Assembly: GCA_964016885.1 (NCBI GenBank)
Contig: OZ024744.1
Coordinates: 30,938,001-31,002,000, forward strand
Direction of reading: 5' to 3'
Source: Eledone cirrhosa
Taxonomy: Eukaryota
Length of the DNA stretch: 64,000 nucleotides
The notes below the pieces were generated by a model, which had not been told where the DNA came from, ran no database searches, and worked only from the letters and a program-made list of their open reading frames with translations. Position 1 is the first letter of the stretch. Each line of letters starts with the position of its first letter. Below, in pieces: positions 29,001 to 42,000 of the stretch. The position numbers and the translations under genes are program-made.

Positions 29001-32000
29001 TACACCAGGTCTAAACACAAAGGAACCAACCTCCCACTGTCACTGCCTCCATCTCTCCCACTCACTCCCTATCTCTCATATACACCAGGTCTAAACACAG
29101 AGGAACCAACCTCCCACTGTCACTGCCTCCATCTCTACCACTCTCACCCTATCTCTCATATACACCAGGTCCAAACATAGAGGAACCAACCTCCCACTGT
29201 CACTGCCTCCATCTCTCCCACTCTCTCCCTATCTCTCATATACACCAGGTCCAAACACAGAGGAACCAACCTCCCACTGTCACTGCCTACGTCTCTCCCA
29301 CTCTCACCCTATCTCTCATATACACCAGGTCTAAACACAGAGGAACCAACCTCCCACTGTCACTGACACCGTCTCTCCCACTCTCTCCCTATCTCTCATA
29401 TACACCAGGTCCAAACACAGAGGAACCAACATCCCACTGTCACTGCCTCCGTCTCTCCCACTCTCTCCCTACCTCTCATATACACCAGGTCCAAACACAG
29501 AGGAACCAACCTCCCACTGTCACTGCCTCCGTCTCTCTCACTCTCTCCCTATCTCTCATATACACCAGGTCCAAACACAGAGGAACCAACCTCCCACTGT
29601 CACTGCCTCCGTCTCTCTCACTCTCCCTATCTCTCATATACACCAGGTCCAAACACAGAGGTACCAACCTCCCACTGTCACTGCCTCCGTCTCTCCCACT
29701 CTCTCCCTATCTCTCATATACACCAGGTCTAAACACAGAGGAACCAACCTCCCACTGTCACTGCCTGCTTCTCTCTCACTCTCCCTATCTCTCATATACA
29801 CCAGGTCCAAACACAGAGGAACCAACCTCCCACTGTCACTGCCTCCGTCTCTCCCACTCTCTCCCTATCTCTCATATACACCAGGTCTAAACACAAAGGA
29901 ACCAACCTCCCACTGTCACTGCCTCCATCTCTCCCACTCACTCCCTATCTCTCATATACACCAGGTCTAAACACAGAGGAACCAACCTCCCACTGTCACT
30001 GCCTCCATCTCTCCCACTCTCACCCTATCTCTCATATACACCAGGTCCAAACACAGAGGAACCAACCTCCCACTGTCACTGCCTCCATCTCTCCCACTCT
30101 CTACCTATCTCTCATATACACCAGGTCCAAACACAGAGGAACCAACCTCCCACTGTCACTGCCTACGTCTCTCCCACTCTCACCCTATCTCTCATATACA
30201 CCAGGTCCAAACACAGAGGAACCAACCTCCCACTGTCACTGCCTCCATCTCTCTCACTCTCCCTATCTCTCATATACACCAGGTCTAAACACAGAGGAAC
30301 CAACCTCCCACTGTCACTGCCTCCGCCTCTCCCACTCTCTCCCTATCTCTCATATACACCAGGTCTAAACACAGAGGAACCAACCTCCCACTGTCACTGC
30401 CTCCGCCTCTCCCACCCTCACCCTATCTCTCATATACACCAGGTCTAAACACAGAGGAACCAACCTCCCACTGTCACTGCCTCCGTCTCTCTCACTCTCT
30501 CCCTATCTCTCATATACACCAGGTCCAAACACAGAGGAACCAACCTCCCACTGTCACTGCCTCCGTCTCTTTCACTCTCCCTATCTCTCATATACACCAG
30601 GTCTAAACACAGAGGAACCAACCTCCCACTGTCACTGCCTCCGCCTCTCCCACCCTCTCCCTATCTCTCATATACACCAGGTCTAAACACAGAGGAACCA
30701 ACCTCCCACTGTCACTGCCACTGTCTCTCCTACTCTCCCTATCTCTCATATACACCAGGTCTAAACACAAAGGAACCAACCTCCCACTGTCACTGCCTCC
30801 ATCTCTCCCACTCACTCCCTATCTCTCATATACACCAGGTCTAAACACAGAGGAACCAACCTCCCACTGTCACTGCCTCCATCTCTCCCACTCTCACCCT
30901 ATCTCTCATATACACCAGGTCCAAACATAGAGGAACCAACCTCCCACTGTCACTGCCTCCATCTCTCCCACTCTCTCCCTATCTCTCATATACACCAGGT
31001 CCAAACACAGAGGAACCAACCTCCCACTGTCACTGCCTACGTCTCTCCCACTCTCACCCTATCTCTCATATACACCAGGTCTAAACACAGAGGAACCAAC
31101 CTCCCACTGTCACTGACACCGTCTCTCCCACTCTCTCCCTATCTCTCATATACACCAGGTCCAAACACAGAGGAACCAACATCCCACTGTCACTGCCTCC
31201 GTCTCTCCCACTCTCTCCCTACCTCTCATATACACCAGGTCCAAACACAGAGGAACCAACCTCCCACTGTCACTGCCTCCGTCTCTCTCACTCTCTCCCT
31301 ATCTCTCATATACACCAGGTCCAAACACAGAGGAACCAACCTCCCACTGTCACTGCCTCCATCTCTCTCACTCTCCCTATCTCTCATATACACCAGGTCT
31401 AAACACAGAGGAACCAACCTCCCACTGTCACTGCCTCCGCCTCTCCCACCCTCTCCCTATCTCTCATATACACCAGGTCTAAACACAGAGGAACCAACCT
31501 CCCACTGTCACTGCCTCCGCCTCTCCCGCCCTCTCCCTATCTCTCATATACACCAGGTCTAAACACAGAGGAACCAACCTCCCACTGTCACTGCCTCCGT
31601 CTCTCTCCCACTCTCTCCCTATCTCTCATATACACCAGGTCCAAACACAGAGGAACCAACCTCCCACTGTCACTGCCTCCGTCTCTCTCACTCTCCCTAT
31701 CTCTCATATACACCAGGTCTAAACACAGAGGAACCAACCTCCCACTGTCACTGCCTCCGCCTCTCCCACCCTCTCCCTATCTCTCATATACACCAGGTCT
31801 AAACACAGAGGAACCAACCTCCCACTGTCACTGCCTCCGCCTCTCCCACCCTCTCCCTATCTCTCATATACACCAGGTCTAAACACAGAGGAACCAACCT
31901 CCCACTGTCACTGCCTCCGTCTCTCTCACTCTCCCTATCTCTCATATACACCAGGTCCAAACACAGAGGTACCAACCTCCCACTGTCACTGCCTCCGTCT

Positions 32001-33400
32001 CTCCCACTCTCTCCCTATCTCTCATATACACCAGGTCTAAACACAGAGGAACCAACCTCCCACTGTCACTGCCTGCTTCTCTCTCACTCTCCCTATCTCT
32101 CATATACACCAGGTCCAAACACAGAGGAACCAACCTCCCACTGTCACTGCCTCCGTCTCTCCCACTCTCTCCCTATCTCTCATATACACCAGGTCCAAAC
32201 ACAGAGGAACCAACCTCCCACTGTCACTGCCTCCGTCTCTCTCACTCTCCCTATCTCTCATATACACCAGGTCCAAACACAGAGGAACCAACCTCCAACT
32301 GTCACTGCCTCCGTCTCTCCCACTCTCTCCCTATCTCTCATATACACCAAGTCCAAACACAGAGGAACCAACCTCCCACTGTCACTGCCTCCGTCTCTCT
32401 CACACTCCCTATCTCTCATATACACCAGGTCTAAACACAGAGGAACCAACCTCCCACTGTCACTACCTCCGTCTCTCTCACTCTCTACCTATCTCTCATA
32501 TACACCAGGTCTAAACACAAAGGAACCAACCTCCCACTGTCACTGCCTCCATCTCTCCCACTCACTCCCTATCTCTCATATACACCAGGTCCAAACACAG
32601 AGGAACCAACCTCCCACTGTCACTGCCTACGTCTCTCCCACTCTCACCCTATCTCTCATATACACCAGGTCCAAACACAGAGGAACCAACCTCCCACTGT
32701 CACTGCCTCCATCTCTCTCACTCTCCCTATCTCTCATATACACCAGGTCTAAACACAGAGGAACCAACCTCCCACTGTCACTGCCTCCTCCTCTCCCACT
32801 CTCTCCCTATCTCTCATATACACCAGGTCTAAACACAGAGGAACCAACCTCCCACTGTCACTGCCTCCGCCTCTCTCACCCTCTCCCTATCTCTCATATA
32901 CACCAGGTCTAAACACAGAGGAACCAACCTCCCACTGTCACTGCCTCCGTCTCTCTCCCACTCTCTCCCTATCTCTCATATACACCAGGTCCAAACACAG
33001 AGGAACCAACCTCCCACTGTCACTGCCTGCTTCTCTCTCACTCTCCCTATCTCTCATATACACCAGGTCCAAACACAGAGGAACCAACCTCCCACTGTCA
33101 CTGCCTCCGTCTCTCCCACTCTCTCCCTATCTCTCATATACACCAGGTCCAAACACAGAGGAACCAACCTCCCACTGTCACTGCCTCCGTCTCTCTCACT
33201 CTCCCTATCTCTCATATACACCAGGTCCAAACACAGAGGAACCAACCTCCCACTGTCACTGCCTCCGTCTCTCCCACTCTCTCCCTATCTCTCATATACA
33301 CCAGGTCCAAACACAGAGGAACCAACCTCCCACTGTCACTGCCTCCTTCTCTCTCACACTCCCTATCTCTCATATACACCAGGTCTAAACACAGAGGAAC
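20100..33400. repeat. Satellite sub-domain B (most homogeneous part of the array)
   Basis: Few private mutations. Recurrent variants GCCTGCTTCTC, TCTCTTTCACT, GCCACTGTCTCTCCTACT, AAACATAGAG, CTCTACCTATC. One identical ORF recurs at 20899, 23287, 25275, 28853 and 30603. Confidence 0.7.
22330..33290. repeat. Tandem duplication of a ~5.3-5.6 kb block (about 22330-27895 and 27896-33290)
   Basis: ORF offsets of 5566 (22318/27884, 23287/28853, 23910/29476), then 5328 (24306/29634, 25275/30603, 25898/31226, 26614/31942, 27726/33054). The 238-bp difference equals three monomers missing from copy 2. Confidence 0.88.
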
Positions 33401-35869
33401 CAACCTCCCACTGTCACTGCCTCCGTCTCTCTCACTCTCTCCCTATCTCTCATATACACCAGGTCCAAACACAGAGGAACCAACCTCCCACTGTCACTGC
33501 CTCCGTCTCTCTCACACTCCCTATCTCTCATGTACACCAGGTCCAAACACAGAGGAACCCACCTCCCACTGTCACTGCCTCCGTCTCTCTCACACTCCCA
33601 CTCTCTCATATACACCAGGTCTAAACACAGAGGAACCAACCTCCCACTGTCACTGCCTCCGTCTCTCTCACACTCCCACTGTCTCATATACACCAGGTCT
33701 AAACACAGAGGAACCAACCTCCCACTGTCACTGCCTCCGTCTCTCTCACTCTCTCCCTCTCTCTCATGTACACCAGGTCCAAACACAGAGGAACCAACCT
33801 CCCACTGTCACTGCCTCCGACTCTCTCACTCTCTCCCTATCTCTCATGTACACCAGGTCCAAACACAGAGGAACCAACCTCCCACTGTCACTGTCTCCGT
33901 CTCTCTCACTCTCTCACACTCTCTCATATAAACCAGGTCCAAACACAGAGGAACCAACCTCCCACTGTCACTGCCCCCGTCTCTCCCACTCTCTCCCTCT
34001 CTCTCATATACACCATGTCCAAACACAGAGGAACCAACCTCCCACTGTCACTGCCTCCATCTCTCCCACTCTCTCCCTATCTCTCATATACACCAGGTCC
34101 AAACACAGAGGAACCAACGTCCCACTGTCACTGGATCCGTCTCTCCCACACTCTCCCTCTCTCTCATATACACCAGGTCGAAACACAGAGGAACCAACCT
34201 CCCACTGTCACTGCCTCCATCTCTCTCACTCTCTCACTATCTCTCATATAAACCAGGTCCAAACACAGAGGAACCAGCCTCCCACTGTCTCTGCCTCCGT
34301 CTCTCCCACTCTCCCCCTATCCTCATATACACCAGGTCCAAACACAGAGGAACCAACCTCCCACTGTCACAGCCTCCGTCTCTCTCAATCTCTCCCTATC
34401 TCTCATATACACCAGGTCCAAACACAGAGGAACCAACCTCCCACTGTCACTGCCTCCGTCTCTCCCACTCTCTCCCTATCTCTCATATACACCAGGTCGA
34501 AACGCAGAGGAACCAACCTCCCACTGTCACTGCCTCCGTCTCTCTCACTCTCTCCCTATCTCTCATATACACCAGGTCCAAACACAGACGAATCAACCTC
34601 CCACTGTCACTGCCTCCGTCTCTCCCACTCTCTCCCTATCCTCATATACACCAGGTCCAAACACAGAGGAACCAACCTCCCACTGTCACTGCTTCCATCT
34701 CTCCCACTCTCCCTATCTCTCATATACACCAGGTCCAAACACAGAGGAACCAACCTCCCACTGTCACTGACTCCGTCTCTCCCACTCTCCCTGTCTCTCA
34801 TATACACCAGGTCCAAACACAGAGGAACCAACCTCCCACTGTCACTGCCTCCGTCTCTCCCACTCTCCCCTATCTCTCATATACACCAGGTCTAAACACA
34901 GAGGAACCAACCTCCCACTGTCACTGCCTACGTCTATCTCACTGTCTCCCTATCTCTCATATACACCAGGTCCTAACACAGAAGAACCAACCTCCCACTG
35001 TCACTGCCTCCATCTCTCCCACTCTCTCCCTATCTCTCATATACACCAGGTCCAAACACAGAGGAACCAACCTCCCACTGTCTCTGCCTACGTCTCTCCC
35101 ACTCTCCCTATCTCTCATATAAACCAGGTCCAAACACAGTGGAACCAACCTCCCACTGTTACTGCCTACGTCTCTCCCACTCTCTCCCTATCTCTCATAT
35201 ACACCAGGTCTAAACACAGAGGAACCAACCTCCCACTGTCACCGACTCTTTCTCTCCCACTCTCTCCCTATCTCTCATATACACCAGGTCCAAACACAGA
35301 GGAACCAACCTCCCACTGTCACTGACCACATCTCTCCCACTCTCTCCCTCTCTCTCTTATACACCAGGTCCAAACACAGAGGAACCAACCTCCCACTGTC
35401 ACTGACCACATCTCTCCCACTCTCTCCCTATCTCTCATATACACCAGGTCAAAAACACAGAGGAACCAACCTCCCATTGTCACTGCCTCCGTCTCTCCCA
35501 CTCTCTCCCTATCTCTCATATACACCAGGTCTAAACACAGAGGAACCTCCCTCCCACTGTCACTGCCTCCGTCTCTCCCACTCTCTCCCTCTCTCTCATA
35601 TACACCAGGTCCAAACACAGAGGAACCACCCTCCCACTGTCACTGCCTCCGTTTCTCCCACTCTCTCCCACTCTCTCATATACACCAGGTCTAAACACAG
35701 AGGAACCAACCTCCCACTGTCACTGCCTCCATCTCTCCCACTCTCTCCCTATCTCTCATATACACCAGGTCCAAACACAGAGGAACCAACCTCCCACTGT
35801 CACTGACCACATCTCTCTCACTCTCTCCCTATCTCTCCTATACACCAGGGCCAAACAAAGAGGAACCGA

Positions 35870-38800
35870 CCTCCCACTGTCACTGCCTCCGTCTCTCCCA
35901 CTCTCTCCCTCTCTCTCATATACACCAGGTCCAAACACAGAGGCACCAACCTCCCACTGTCACTGCCTCTGTCTCTCCCACTCTCTCCCTATCTCTCATA
36001 TACACCAGGTCTAAAGACAGAGGAACCGACCTCCCACTGTCACTGCCTCCGTCTCTCTCACTCTCACCCTATCTCTCATATACTCCAGGTCTAAACACAG
36101 AGGAACCAACCTCCCACTGTCACTGCCTCCGTCTCTCCCACTCTCTCCCTATCTCTCATATACACCAGGTCTAAACACATAGGAACCAAGCTCCCACTGT
36201 CACTGCCTCCATCTCTCCCACTCTCTCCCTATCTCTCATATACACCAGGTCCAAACACAGAGGAACCAACCACCAACTGTCACAGCCTCCGTCTCTCTCT
36301 CACACTCCCTATCTCTCATATAAACCAGGTCCAAACACAGAGGAACCAACCTCCCTCTGTCACTGACTCCGTCTCTCCCACTCTCCCTATCTGTCATATA
36401 CACCAGGTCCAAACACATAGGAACCAGCCTCCCTCTGTCACTGACTCCGTCTCTCCCACTCTCCCTATATCTCATATACACCAGGTCTAAACACAGAAGA
36501 ACCAACCTCCCACTGTCACTGCCTCCGTCTCTTCCACTCTCTCCCTATCTCTCATATACACCAGGTGCAAACACAGAGGAACCAACCTCCCACTGTCACT
36601 GGCTCCGTCTCTCCCACACTCTCCCTCTCTCTCATATACACCAGGTCGAAACACAGAGGAACCAACCTCCCACTGTCACTGCCTCCATCTCTCTCACTCT
36701 CTCCCTATCTCTCATATAAACCAGGTCCAAACACAGAGGAACCAACCTCCCACTGTCTCTGCCTCCGTCTCTCCCACTCTCCCCCTATCCTCATATACAC
36801 CAGGTCCAAACACAGAGGAACCAACCTCCCACTGTCACTGCCTCCGTCTCTCTCACTCTCTCCCTATCTCTCTTATACACCAGGTCCAAACACAGAGGAA
36901 CCAACCTCCCACTGTCACTGCCTCCGTCTCTCCCACTCTCTCCCTATCTCTCATATACACCAGGTCCAAACACAGAGGAACCAACCTCCCACTGTCACTG
37001 CCTCCGTCTCTCTCACTCTCTCACAATCTCTCATGTACACCAGGTCCAAACACAGAGGAACCAACCTCCCACTGTCACTGCCTCCATCTCTCCCACTCTC
37101 TCCCTATCTCTCATATACACCAGGCCCAAACACAGAGGAACCAACCTCCCACCGTCACTGCCTCTGTCTCTCCCACTCTCCCTATCTCTCATATACACCA
37201 GGTCCAAACACAGAGGAACCAACCTCCCACTGTCACTGCCTCCGTCTCTCCCACTCTCTCACAATCTCTCATGTACACCAGGTCCAAACACAGAGGAACC
37301 AACCTCCCACTGTCACTGCCTCCATCTCTCCCACTCTCTCCCTATCTTTCATATACACCAGGTCCAAACACAGAGGAATCAACCTCCCACTGTCACTGCC
37401 TCCATCTCTCCCACTCTCTCCCTATCTTTCATATACACCAGGCCCAAACACAGAGGAACCAATCTCCCACTGTCACTGCCTCCGTCTTTCCCACTCTCTC
37501 CCTATCTCTCATATACACCAGGCCCAAACACAGAGGAACCAACCTCCCACTGTCACTGCCTCCGTCTCTCCCACTCTCTCCCTCTCTCTCATATACACCA
37601 GGTCCAAACACAGAGGCACCAACCTCCCACTGTCACTGCCTCTGTCTCTCCCACTCTCTCCCTATCTCTCATATACACCAGGTCTAAAGACAGAGGAACC
37701 GACCTCCCACTGTCACTGCCTCCGTCTCTCTCACTCTCTCCCTATCTCTCATATACTCCAGGTCTAAACACAGAGGAACCAACCTCCCACTGTCACTGCC
37801 TCCGTCTCTCCCACTCTCTCCCTATCTCTCATATACACCAGGTCTAAACACATAGGAACCAACCTCCCACTGTCACTGCCTCCATCTCTCCCACTCTCTC
37901 CCTATCTCTCATATACACCAGGTCCAAACACAGAGGAACCAACCACCAACTGTCACAGCCTCCGTCTCTCTCTCACACTCCCTATCTCTCATATAAACCA
38001 GGTCCAAACACAGAGGAACCAACCTCCCTCTGTCACTGACTCCGTCTCTCCCACTCTCCCTATCTGTCATATACACCAGGTCCAAACACATAGGAACCAG
38101 CCTCCCTCTGTCACTGACTCCGTCTCTCCCACTCTCCCTATATCTCATATACACCAGGTCTAAACACAGAAGAACCAACCTCCCACTGTCACTGCCTCCG
38201 TCTCTTCCACTCTCTCCCTATCTCTCATATACACCAGGTGCAAACACAGAGGAACCAACCTCCCACTGTCACTGGCTCCGTCTCTCCCACACTCTCCCTC
38301 TCTCTCATATACACCAGGTCGAAACACAGAGGAACCAACCTCCCACTGTCACTGCCTCCATCTCTCTCACTCTCTCCCTATCTCTCATATAAACCAGGTC
38401 CAAACACAGAGGAACCAACCTCCCACTGTCTCTGCCTCCGTCTCTCCCACTCTCCCCCTATCCTCATATACACCAGGTCCAAACACAGAGGAACCAACCT
38501 CCCACTGTCACTGCCTCCGTCTCTCTCACTCTCTCACAATCTCTCATGTACACCAGGTCCAAACACAGAGGAACCAACCTCCCACTGTCACTGCCTCCAT
38601 CTCTCCCACTCTCTCCCTATCTCTCATATACACCAGGCCCAAACACAGAGGAACCAACCTCCCACCGTCACTGCCTCTGTCTCTCCCACTCTCCCTATCT
38701 CTCATATACACCAGGTCCAAACACAGAGGAACCAACCTCCCACTGTCACTGCCTCCGTCTCTCCCACTCTCTCACAATCTCTCATGTACACCAGGTCCAA

Positions 38801-39080
38801 ACACAGAGGAACCAACCTCCCACTGTCACTGCCTCCATCTCTCCCACTCTCTCCCTATCTTTCATATACACCAGGTCCAAACACAGAGGAATCAACCTCC
38901 CACTGTCACTGCCTCCATCTCTCCCACTCTCTCCCTATCTTTCATATACACCAGGCCCAAACACAGAGGAACCAATCTCCCACTGTCACTGCCTCCGTCT
39001 TTCCCACTCTCTCCCTATCTCTCATATACACCAGGCCCAAACACAGAGGAACCAACCTCCCACTGTCACTGCCTCCGTCT
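35870..39080. repeat. Tandem duplication of a ~21-monomer block, period 1673 bp (then 1513 after loss of two monomers)
   Basis: AGGCACCAAC at 35941 and 37614. ORF offsets 36236/37909 and 36565/38238 = 1673; 37031/38544 = 1513. Confidence 0.85.
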
Positions 39081-42000
39081 CTCCCACTCTCTTCCTATAT
39101 CTCATATACACCAGGCCCAAACACAGAGGAACCCACCTCCCACTGTCACTGCCTCTGTCTCTCCCACTCTCCCACTCTCTCATATACACCAGGTCCAAAC
39201 ACAGAGGAACCAACCTCCCACTGTCACTGCCTCCGTCTCTCCACTCTCTCCCTATCTCTCATATACACCAGGTCCACACACAGAGGAACCAACCTCCCAC
39301 TGTCACTGCCTCCGTCTCTCCCACTCTCTCCCTATCCTCATATACACCAGGTCCAAATACAGAGGAACCAACCTCCCACTGTCACTGCTTCCATCTCTCC
39401 CACTCTCCCTATCTCTCATATACACCAGGTCCAAACACAGAGGAACCAACCTCCCATTGTCACTGACTCCGTCTCTCCCACTCTCCCTATCTCTCATATA
39501 CACCAGGTCTAAACACAGAGGAACCAACCTCCCACTGTCACTGCCACCATCTCTCCCACTCTCTCCCTATCTCTCATATACACCAGGTCCAAACACAGAG
39601 GAAACAACCTCCCACTGTCTCTGGCTACGTCTCTCCCACTCTCCCTATCTCTCATATAAACCAGGTCCAAACACAGAGGAACCAACCTCCCACTGTCACT
39701 GCCTACGTCTCTCCCACTCTCTCCCTATCTCTCATATACACCAGGTCCTAACACAGAGGAACCAACCTCCCACTGTCACTGCCTCCATCTCTCCCACTCT
39801 CTCCCTATCTCTCATATACACCAGGTTTAAACACAGAGGAACCAACCTCCCACTGTCACTGCCTCCATCTCTCCCACTCTCTCCCTATCTCTCATATACA
39901 CCATGTCCAAACACAGAGGAACCAACCTCCCACTGTCACTGCCTACATCTCTCCCACTCTCTCCCTATCTCTCATATACACCAGGTCCAAACACAGAGGA
40001 ACCAACCTCCCACTGTCACTGCCTCCGTCTCTCCCACTCTCTCCCTATCTTTTATATACACCAGGTCTAAACACAGAGGAACCAACCTCCCACTGTCACT
40101 GCCTCCATCTCTCCCACTCTCTCCCTATCTCTCATATACACCAGGTCCAAACACAGAGGAACCAACCTCCCATTGTCACTGCCTCCGTCTCTCTCCCACT
40201 CTCCCTATCTCTCATATACACCAGGTCCAAACACAGAGGAACCAACCTCCCACTGTCACTGCCTCCGTCTCCCTCCCACTCTCCTTATCTCTCATATACT
40301 CCAGGTCCAAACACAGAGGAACCAACCTCCCACTGTCACTGCCTCCGTCTCTCCCACTCTCTCCCTACCTATTATATACACCAGCTCTAAACACAGAGGA
40401 ACCAACCTCCCCCTGTCACTCACCACATGTCTCCCACTCTCTCCCTATCTCTCATATACACCAGGTCCAAACACAGAGGAACCAACCTCCCACTGTCACT
40501 GCCTCCCTCTCTCCCACTCTCCCTATCTCTCATATACACCAGGTCTAAACACAGAGGAACCAACCTCCCACTGTCACTGCCTCCATCTCTCCCACTCTCT
40601 CCCTATCTCTCATATACAACAGGTCCAAACACAGAGGAACCAACCACCCATTGTCACTGCCTCCGTCTCTCCCACTCTCCCTATCTCTCATATACACCAG
40701 GTCTAAACACAGAGGAACCAACCTCCCACTGTCACTGCCTCCGTCTCTCCCACTCTCTCCCTATCTCTCATATACACCAGGTCTAAACACAGAGGAACCA
40801 ACCTCCCACTGTCACTGCCTCCATCTCTCCCACTCTCTCCCTATCTCTCATATACAACAGGTCCAAACACAGAGTAACCAACCTCCCACTGTCACTGCCT
40901 CCGTCTCGCCCACTCTCTCCCTACCTCTCATATACACCAGGTCCAAACACAGAGGAACCAACCTCCCACTGTTACTGCCTCCGTCTCTCCCACTCTATCC
41001 CTATCTCTCATATACACCAGGTCCAAACACAGAGGAACCAACCTCCCACTGTCACTGCCTCCATTTCTCCCACTCTCTCCCTATCTCTCATATACACCAG
41101 GTCTAAACACAGAGGAACCAACCTCCCACTGTCACTGCCTCCGTCTCTCTCACTCTCTCCCTATCTCTCATATACACCAGGTCTAAACATAGAGGAACCA
41201 ACTTCCCACTGTCACTGACTCCGTCTCTCCCACTCTCTCCCTATCACTCATATACACCATGTCCAAACACTGAGGAACCAACCTCCCACTGTCACTGCCT
41301 CCGTCTCTCTCACTCTCCCTATCTCTCATATACACCAGGTCTAAACACAGAGGAACCAACCTCCCACTGTCACTGCCTCCGTCTCTCCCACTCTCTCCCT
41401 ATCTCTCACATACACCAGGTCTAAACACAGAGGAACCAACCTCCCACTGTCACTGCCTCCGTCTCTCCTACTCTCTCCCTATCTCTCATGTACACCAGGT
41501 TCAAACACAGAGGAACCAACCTCCCACTGTCACTGCCTCCGTCTCTCCCACTCTCTCCCTCTCTCTCATATACACCAGGTCTAAACACAGAGGAACCCAC
41601 CGCCCATTGTCACTGCCTCCGTCTCTCTCACTCTCTCCCTATCTCTCATATACACCAGGTCTAAAGACAGAGGAACCGACCTCCCACTGTCACTGACTCC
41701 GTCTCTGCCACTCTCTCACTATCTCTCATATACACCATGTCCAAACACAGAGGAACCAACCTCCCACTGTCACTGCCTCCATCTCTCCCACTCTCCCTAT
41801 CTCTCATATACACCATGTCCAAACACAGAGGAACCAACCTCCCACTGTCACTGCCTCCGTCTCTCTCACACTCCCTATCTCTCATATACACCAGGTCTAA
41901 ACACAGAGGAACCAACCTCTCACTGTCACTGCCTCCGTCTCTCTCACTCTCCCTATCTCTCATATACACCAGGTCTAAACACAGAGGAACCAACCTCCCA

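Noticed and set aside
36565-40548. Long (300-424 aa) Ser/Pro/His-rich ORFs as mucin-like, extensin-like or metal-binding (HCHC) proteins
   Set aside because: Amino-acid composition follows directly from C-rich repeat DNA. There is no signal peptide or unique domain, and overlapping ORFs of similar length exist in other frames.
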